From: Acidobacteriota bacterium
Lineage (GTDB): Bacteria > Acidobacteriota > UBA6911
Reading direction: 5' to 3'
Assembly: GCA_963664705.1 (NCBI GenBank)
Contig: OY761556.1
Location: 2,112,001-2,176,000 of the forward strand
DNA length: 64,000 bases
Program-made: the position numbers and the translations under genes
Notes under the pieces: model-generated
The model's input: only the letters and a program-made list of their open reading frames with translations
Databases searched by the model: none
What the model was told of the DNA's origin: nothing
In this document: positions 58,515-64,000 of the stretch, one piece after another
How the letters are laid out: each line of letters opens with the position of its first letter
Position numbering within the stretch: the first letter of the stretch is position 1

Positions 58515-60233
58515 ATGAAAAAGATACTTGCGGCGGCTTGGCCCGCCCTGTTGATTGCGTCGTTGATTCTGCTGCCGTGGCTGAACAAGGCGCATACCAC
58601 GGATGACACGACCTTTCTCCTGATGGCCGATCATGTGCTGACGGACCCGCTGCATCCTGCCGCTTTTGAGATGATGGCTGACGGCAATCGCATCCGGCTT
58701 TCCTCTCAGCTGGTCTCCGGCCCGGTCATGGCATACCTTCTCGTACCGTCGGTACTGCTCGGAGGGGCGGAGTGGGCGGCGCATCTCGTGCAATATTTCC
58801 TGATCCTGGCCGCGATTTGCGCCACGGTGTCGCTTGCGTTGCGGCTCGGACTCGATGATCGGGGCGCGCGGGTTGCAGGTATTTTACTGGCCTCGACTCC
58901 CGCCGTCATGGCGATGGCTACTACCAGCATGGCGGACGTGCCGGCTATGTCGTTTGCAATACTGGGAATGGAGCGGTTTGTTGCGTGGAGGCAACAAGGA
59001 CGCTGGCATCAGGGCCTGGCGGCTTCCCTGTTGCTTGCATTCGCCGCGCTTACGCGCCCGCACCTGATCCTGATCCTTGCGGTTGCCTGCTTTCTGGAAT
59101 TTCTGCTGGGAGCATCGCCGTCTCGCTTTATGCTGCATCCAGATTGTCGGGGGCAAAGCCCTTCGGAGTGTGGTGGCTTGCCACCGCCTTCGGCTTTTAT
59201 GGTTTTCAAAGGCGGCAGCAAGCTGCCGCACTCCGCCGTTCCCATGCGATGGATTCTATTGCACCTGGTGCCCATTATTGCCGCCGCCGCAATAATCCTC
59301 CTGATAACATTTCTGACCGCCGACCCGCTCCGCAGCGGCAGTCATTTCATGACCGCGTCCATTTCCCGTTTTCACCCGGTCAATGCCGCTTCGAATACGG
59401 CTGCATTTTTCGCGCATTGGCTATTGGTTTTTCCGCTTGGATTATTGTGGTTCTGCCTGGGCATTCGGTGGAAGCGGCTGTGGTGCAATCCTTCTCCCTG
59501 GATAGCCGCCATCATTACTCTTTCGATCTGCCTTTTGGATAGGAATGAGCACAAAGTTCCCGTCTATGCGCTTGCATTGGCTTTTGCCGGCGCTTTTATA
59601 ATTATTGACCTTGCGATGGATGCCTGTCGGCGCCGGGACTTCATACAAATTCTCTTATGGCTTTGGTTGCTCCTTGCGCTGCCGGCAATCGCCTATGTTC
59701 AGCTTCCCTGCCGATATTTGCTGGGAGCGGCACCCGCGGCCGCGATTCTGTTGGCGTTTCTGATCCGGAGAAAAGACAGTTTTAAATTTATCAAATGGGT
59801 GGCAGTTTCGGCAGGAGTTGCATTATCCCTGCTGATCATTGCGGCAGACGCTGAATTCGGGAACTTTGGCAGGCGGATTGCGGCGGAACAAATAGCGCCG
59901 ATGGTATCCAGGGGCCATCGCGTTTGGGTGAATGGCGAATGGGGTTTTGAGTGGTATGCGCTGAAAGCAGGGGCGTTTCCGGTGGCAAAGCAGCCCCCTT
60001 ACCCGTCGGCGGGAGACATCCTTTTCTCAAGCACGGCAGCCCCGCACCTTCCGCTGGAAATGTTTCCGAATCGGCAATTGATTTCCTCCTTTGCGGCCAA
60101 TTCGCATTTTGGCCGGGTGATGTCCAGGCCGGCAGGGTTCTACTCGAACGGCTACGGCTATCTTCCGTGGATCTTTGGTAGTAACGAAATCGAAAACATA
60201 GGAGTCTGGTTGACAAATCCATTCGAAGAGTGA
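58515..60233 (+). CDS. ArnT/PMT-like (GT-C fold) membrane glycosyltransferase
   Basis: Many TM segments; DD motif after TM1 (HTTDDTTF), MADVP and RYLL motifs. Confidence 0.8.
   Translation: MKKILAAAWPALLIASLILLPWLNKAHTTDDTTFLLMADHVLTDPLHPAAFEMMADGNRIRLSSQLVSGPVMAYLLVPSVLLGGAEWAAHLVQYFLILAAICATVSLALRLGLDDRGARVAGILLASTPAVMAMATTSMADVPAMSFAILGMERFVAWRQQGRWHQGLAASLLLAFAALTRPHLILILAVACFLEFLLGASPSRFMLHPDCRGQSPSECGGLPPPSAFMVFKGGSKLPHSAVPMRWILLHLVPIIAAAAIILLITFLTADPLRSGSHFMTASISRFHPVNAASNTAAFFAHWLLVFPLGLLWFCLGIRWKRLWCNPSPWIAAIITLSICLLDRNEHKVPVYALALAFAGAFIIIDLAMDACRRRDFIQILLWLWLLLALPAIAYVQLPCRYLLGAAPAAAILLAFLIRRKDSFKFIKWVAVSAGVALSLLIIAADAEFGNFGRRIAAEQIAPMVSRGHRVWVNGEWGFEWYALKAGAFPVAKQPPYPSAGDILFSSTAAPHLPLEMFPNRQLISSFAANSHFGRVMSRPAGFYSNGYGYLPWIFGSNEIENIGVWLTNPFEE
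59107..59244. repeat. Nested REP-like palindrome inserted in frame within the GT-C gene
   Basis: GGGAGCATCGCCGTCTCGC (59108-59126), then inverted arms CGGAGTGTGGTGGCTTGCCACCGCCTT (59164-59190) and AAGGCGGCAGCAAGCTGCCGCACTCCG (59209-59235). Confidence 0.75.
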
Positions 60234-60314
60234 AATACAGTTGTTATACAATAACCTCTGCAACTGGTCCTTCCTTAATTACTTTTACTATTTGTTTATA
60301 ATTGCTCACACCTG

Positions 60315-61688
60315 GTGGATTTGGAGTCAGGATTGAAACATTTTGCGAATTCCAGGATTGGTAAGGTGCTAATTGCTGCCCCAATGGCATTGGCCTTCCT
60401 TTTTTTGATCGCAAATTCCATACTCCAGCTGAATCGCATCGTCGATTCATTTAGAGAACGAAGTTTATATTCTAAGGACATTATCCAAGATTGGCTTTTA
60501 GCAAAAGCCATTTTGCATAAAACAAATCCTTATTTAGACATCCAGGAATTGGCAACGCGGTTCATTGCAAACGTACCCCAAGTGCAAAACGGCAGTCATC
60601 CCAGTCCTCATCCACCAACCGTGGGAATACTTATGACTCCACTCGCATTTCTTTCCTACAAAACTGCCATGATTGCCTGGTTCCTAATTGAATTAGCCTT
60701 TGTTGCGGGCTCCGTTTACCTAATCTGCCTCACCTTGAAAATTAAGCGACCGATTGCATTAAGCATAATAGCCATACCCCTTTCAGCCCTCTGGGGCGCT
60801 TCGGGAGAAGAACTTGTCTTAGGGCAATTGGGAATTACTCAGTTGTTTTTTCTCTCTGCGGCCTGGTATTGCATATCAAGACAACAAGCCCAATTATCCG
60901 GAATTTTTACCGGACTTGCAATAATTCTAAAGCCCATGTTATGGCCAATGTTGTTCTTTTTTGTGCTTAAGAGGCTATATAAATCTCTTTGTTATTGTGC
61001 ACTAGCATTATTGTTGAGTGGTGGAATCAGCGCCGCCATTCTGGGAAGAGAAAGCCTTGTTTATTACGCAACCAATGTATTGCCATCAGTCGACGGGATT
61101 TATGCCTGTAGTATCCTCAATTTGTCTCTGAGATCGATCGCTCCGAAGGTTTTTACTGGGATTCATTCGCCAATTCACAATATTGTTTATGCCAAGCCCA
61201 TGATCGACATCCCTGTCTTGGGCGCGCCATTGGGCTGGTTACTACCAATCATTAGTATCGTACTTATATTTTTCTATGTATTCCGGCTTGACACTCAAAT
61301 AGGTTTTTCATTGATGATCATTGCATGCATTCTCGCCAGTCCAGTAGTCTGGGGACATTATCTGGTGCTGCTTGCGATTCCTATCAGTTTGTTAATAAAA
61401 GCAACCATCGAAAGAGGATCCCGCAAGAGCAGCTACCTCTCAGCCATTCTGGGAATTTTTTTGTTTCCAAGTGCCTTGTTTTGGTATGGCTGTATTACAT
61501 TGCTTTCCGGAGATATGCCAACAGCTAAACACTCAATAACAATCCCAGTTGGGCTCGGATTTATCATGTATGTTCCCACGGCCGCGGCAACTTTGCTGAT
61601 CTTTGCCATATTGGCTAGGTACGGTTTAACGCATTCAGCAAAACCTAACAATGAAGAGATTTTGACCATGGACGCCGATCGTCAATAA
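60315..61688 (+). CDS. GT87/DUF2029-like membrane glycosyltransferase
   Basis: KDIIQDW...NPY, HPPT, LGQ, LKP and SPVVWGHY motifs; AT-rich. Confidence 0.82.
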   Translation: MDLESGLKHFANSRIGKVLIAAPMALAFLFLIANSILQLNRIVDSFRERSLYSKDIIQDWLLAKAILHKTNPYLDIQELATRFIANVPQVQNGSHPSPHPPTVGILMTPLAFLSYKTAMIAWFLIELAFVAGSVYLICLTLKIKRPIALSIIAIPLSALWGASGEELVLGQLGITQLFFLSAAWYCISRQQAQLSGIFTGLAIILKPMLWPMLFFFVLKRLYKSLCYCALALLLSGGISAAILGRESLVYYATNVLPSVDGIYACSILNLSLRSIAPKVFTGIHSPIHNIVYAKPMIDIPVLGAPLGWLLPIISIVLIFFYVFRLDTQIGFSLMIIACILASPVVWGHYLVLLAIPISLLIKATIERGSRKSSYLSAILGIFLFPSALFWYGCITLLSGDMPTAKHSITIPVGLGFIMYVPTAAATLLIFAILARYGLTHSAKPNNEEILTMDADRQ

Positions 61689-62853
61689 TACTGCTGTACC
61701 AAAACAAAAGCCAAAACGCAGGAGGAAACCATATAGTACTCAAGTTGGATTTCGTAGCAATTTGGGAATAAACCAATAACGGTTGCATCGCAATTAGGAT
61801 AAGCAAGAATATCCACCAGCTCTTTGTTTTGAACCTTTCAAACTGGCAAAGAAGCAAAACTATGACGGGAAGCAACACTACCCAATCATAGCTCCATGAA
61901 AAAATGCAGGTGATAATTGAAAGAAATATTATAATGGGGAGTTTTTGCAGCCAATCAAAGTTATGTTTCCATGAGTTCCAGAGATAGGCTGAAATCGCAA
62001 TTCCCAAAAATGATGGAAGATAGCGAACCCATTTTGCATCATTAGGAAAAAGCATCGAAAGAGCTGTTCCCCATGTAGGTGTCTGCCAAATAAGGGGTCC
62101 GGAGTTTGAACAAACCGCCTTGAGGTAATCAGAAAACACATGAGGGTTAACCAAACCGGCTATTGCGACGGCACATAAGAACGCAGATAGTGCGCCCATG
62201 AGGACTCCCCAATATCTGTGTTTTAGTATCCAGAAGGCAAGGAAAACCCAAAAGAGAAAGAGAATATGGGGCTTAACTGAAACTAGAAATGCAAAAATAC
62301 CTGCAAGGAAGTGTTTTTTTTTGGCGACCGATTGCAGGAACCCAGCCAGTCCAGCAAGGACCATGGGAATCGTTTGGCCAAGAAAAATGGCTGTCGCTAC
62401 TGGCAGAAAAAACAAAGGTATTAGCCAACTTATCCATCGTCTGGTAAAGCTTCCGCCATACACTCGCCAAAACCAATCGGCTGTTTTCCAAACAATAATG
62501 ATATTGATCAGAAGCCAGATCCCTCTGCTTGGCCAATAATCAAAAATGGAAATTGGAATCAAAATGGGAAATATCCATGGAGGATTCCACATCATTAGAG
62601 GGGTGTTTTCCTTCCATCCCACAAGCCTTTGCGCTTCCAGAAGCTGCTCATAACTATACGCATTTCCACCGGTGAGGAAAACACGGCTAGCCGTCCAATA
62701 TTCTATGAAATCGTAAAGAGAAATCTCGCCGGCATGACACATCTCGATCAATTGTCCGCTGAGCCAAATCAGCAAAATGCCAATGGTTAGCCACAAAATT
62801 ACTCGCTTTTTTGATAAAAGAGTTCCCAATTGGGGGTAGTTATTATTATTCAC
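61645..62853 (-). CDS. GT87/DUF2029-like membrane glycosyltransferase
   Basis: DFIEYW...NAY, WNPPW, LGQ, KPH and WSYDWVVLL motifs; GTG 62853 with AGGA RBS preferred over 62934. Confidence 0.85.
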   Translation of the reverse strand: MNNNNYPQLGTLLSKKRVILWLTIGILLIWLSGQLIEMCHAGEISLYDFIEYWTASRVFLTGGNAYSYEQLLEAQRLVGWKENTPLMMWNPPWIFPILIPISIFDYWPSRGIWLLINIIIVWKTADWFWRVYGGSFTRRWISWLIPLFFLPVATAIFLGQTIPMVLAGLAGFLQSVAKKKHFLAGIFAFLVSVKPHILFLFWVFLAFWILKHRYWGVLMGALSAFLCAVAIAGLVNPHVFSDYLKAVCSNSGPLIWQTPTWGTALSMLFPNDAKWVRYLPSFLGIAISAYLWNSWKHNFDWLQKLPIIIFLSIITCIFSWSYDWVVLLPVIVLLLCQFERFKTKSWWIFLLILIAMQPLLVYSQIATKSNLSTIWFPPAFWLLFWYSSIIDDRRPWSKSLHC

Positions 62854-63006
62854 TATATGTCCTGCGTAAAAAAAAGCAAAATGGTCTGATGTGATTATAC
62901 TGATCAGCAGGAAAAACTGAATAAGACACCTCATTTATTTTTGCCGAGTCGAGAATTAATGCAACACAGTCTGGAATAAACAAACGCATCCTGAGGAATT
63001 CAGCAA

Positions 63007-64000
63007 ATGGATTTTTCTTTAACTAAGAAGCGCTTTGTTCTTTGGCTCGCAATTAGCATGTTATTGATCTGGCACGGCATTCAAGCAGAGAGGATACGCA
63101 ATTCAGGGAGGATTCCGCTCTATGATTTTGCAGAATATTGGGCAGCTTGCCGAGTTTTCCTTTCAGGGGGAAATCCATATGATCCAGCAATGCTGCTTAA
63201 AGAACAGCGACTAATTGGGTGGATGGAAAAGGATCCTATCATGATGTGGAATCCGCCGTGGGCGATTCCAATCCTTATTCCGCTCAGCTTCCTTGGTTAT
63301 TGGCCGAGCAGAGGTCTATGGCTTCTTGTTAGCTGCATTTTGCTTTGGGTAGCGTGCGATTGGTTCTGGCGATTATGCGGAGGAAGCGCTTCTCGACGAT
63401 GGCTTAGCTGGTTAGCACCTGCTTTTTTTTTACCAGCGGCATTGACGCTATTTCTCGGCCAGATCACCGTATTGGTCCTCTCCGGCATGGCCGGCTTTCT
63501 TTGGGCACTAAAAAAAAAGCGAATGTTTCTAGCGGGCATTTTCACTATTCTGATTTCCATAAAACCCCACCTCCTCTTTCTATTCTGGGTTTTTCTTGTG
63601 TTATGGATTTTAAAGGAACGTTACTGGAAGGTCCTAGCAGGAGCACTTCTATCCTTGGCTTGCGCATCCATTTTGGTTATTTCAGTGAATCCTCGCATTT
63701 TTTTGGATTACATGACTTCAATGCTTTCCAAGTCTGGCCCGCAAATATGGAGCACACCCACATGGGGAGTTGCATTTTTGATGGTTTTTCCTAATGCCAG
63801 TACCTGGATACGCTACCTGCCCTCGGCTATCGGCATGCTTGTTTCGATATATCTCTGGTATTCCTGGAAATGCATTATGGATTGGCAACAAAGGTTGCCT
63901 ATAATACTGTTGCTTTCCGTAACAACCTGCGCCTTTACTTGGACCTTCGATTGGGTTGTTTTGCTTCCGGTCGTTATTTTGTTTCTTTGCTGGTTCGAAA
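63007..64000 (+). CDS. GT87/DUF2029-like glycosyltransferase paralog, runs off the window
   Basis: Manual translation from ATG 63007 is open to the edge: DFAEYW...NPY, MMWNPPW, YWPSRG, LGQ, KPH, TPTWG and WTFDWVVLLP; colinear with 61645-62853. Confidence 0.88.
   Translation, partial: MDFSLTKKRFVLWLAISMLLIWHGIQAERIRNSGRIPLYDFAEYWAACRVFLSGGNPYDPAMLLKEQRLIGWMEKDPIMMWNPPWAIPILIPLSFLGYWPSRGLWLLVSCILLWVACDWFWRLCGGSASRRWLSWLAPAFFLPAALTLFLGQITVLVLSGMAGFLWALKKKRMFLAGIFTILISIKPHLLFLFWVFLVLWILKERYWKVLAGALLSLACASILVISVNPRIFLDYMTSMLSKSGPQIWSTPTWGVAFLMVFPNASTWIRYLPSAIGMLVSIYLWYSWKCIMDWQQRLPIILLLSVTTCAFTWTFDWVVLLPVVILFLCWFE

Overview
Bacterial chromosomal window of mid GC content; gene content and order suggest Acidobacteriota (inference). 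Mostly housekeeping and envelope genes: birA (partial), valS, a RomR-like regulator, bamD, rpe, rsmB, fmt, def, aroC, mlaEFD, rodZ, dnaK-dnaJ-hspR, an APC permease, two Ser/Thr kinases, an FHA-GGDEF protein, a fused 2-oxoacid dehydrogenase E1, a large NAD-glutamate dehydrogenase, a MATE transporter, a frameshifted lgt and a membrane glycosyltransferase cluster. It also carries tRNA-Ala(CGC), tRNA-Val(CAC) and a small PEP-CTERM islet with a complete sigma-54 promoter layout. No CRISPR array, rRNA or prophage was seen. The most unusual signal is intergenic. (1) A GxxExxY nuclease gene sits inside an element with 9-mer-built inverted ends and a ~45-bp flanking duplication of a host gene 3' end; internally deleted copies lie at ~14.9, ~43.0 and ~52.0 kb, one with its core inverted. 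(2) A RAYT-like HUH transposase is bounded by GGGTGTCC motifs, and every copy of that motif I found lies next to a tandem-duplication junction (9-11, 30 and 232 bp units). (3) At three loci the duplicated gene ends differ mainly by synonymous changes. (4) A nested REP-like palindrome is inserted in frame in a glycosyltransferase gene. All calls come from reading the sequence and ORF track by eye; no database searches were run.
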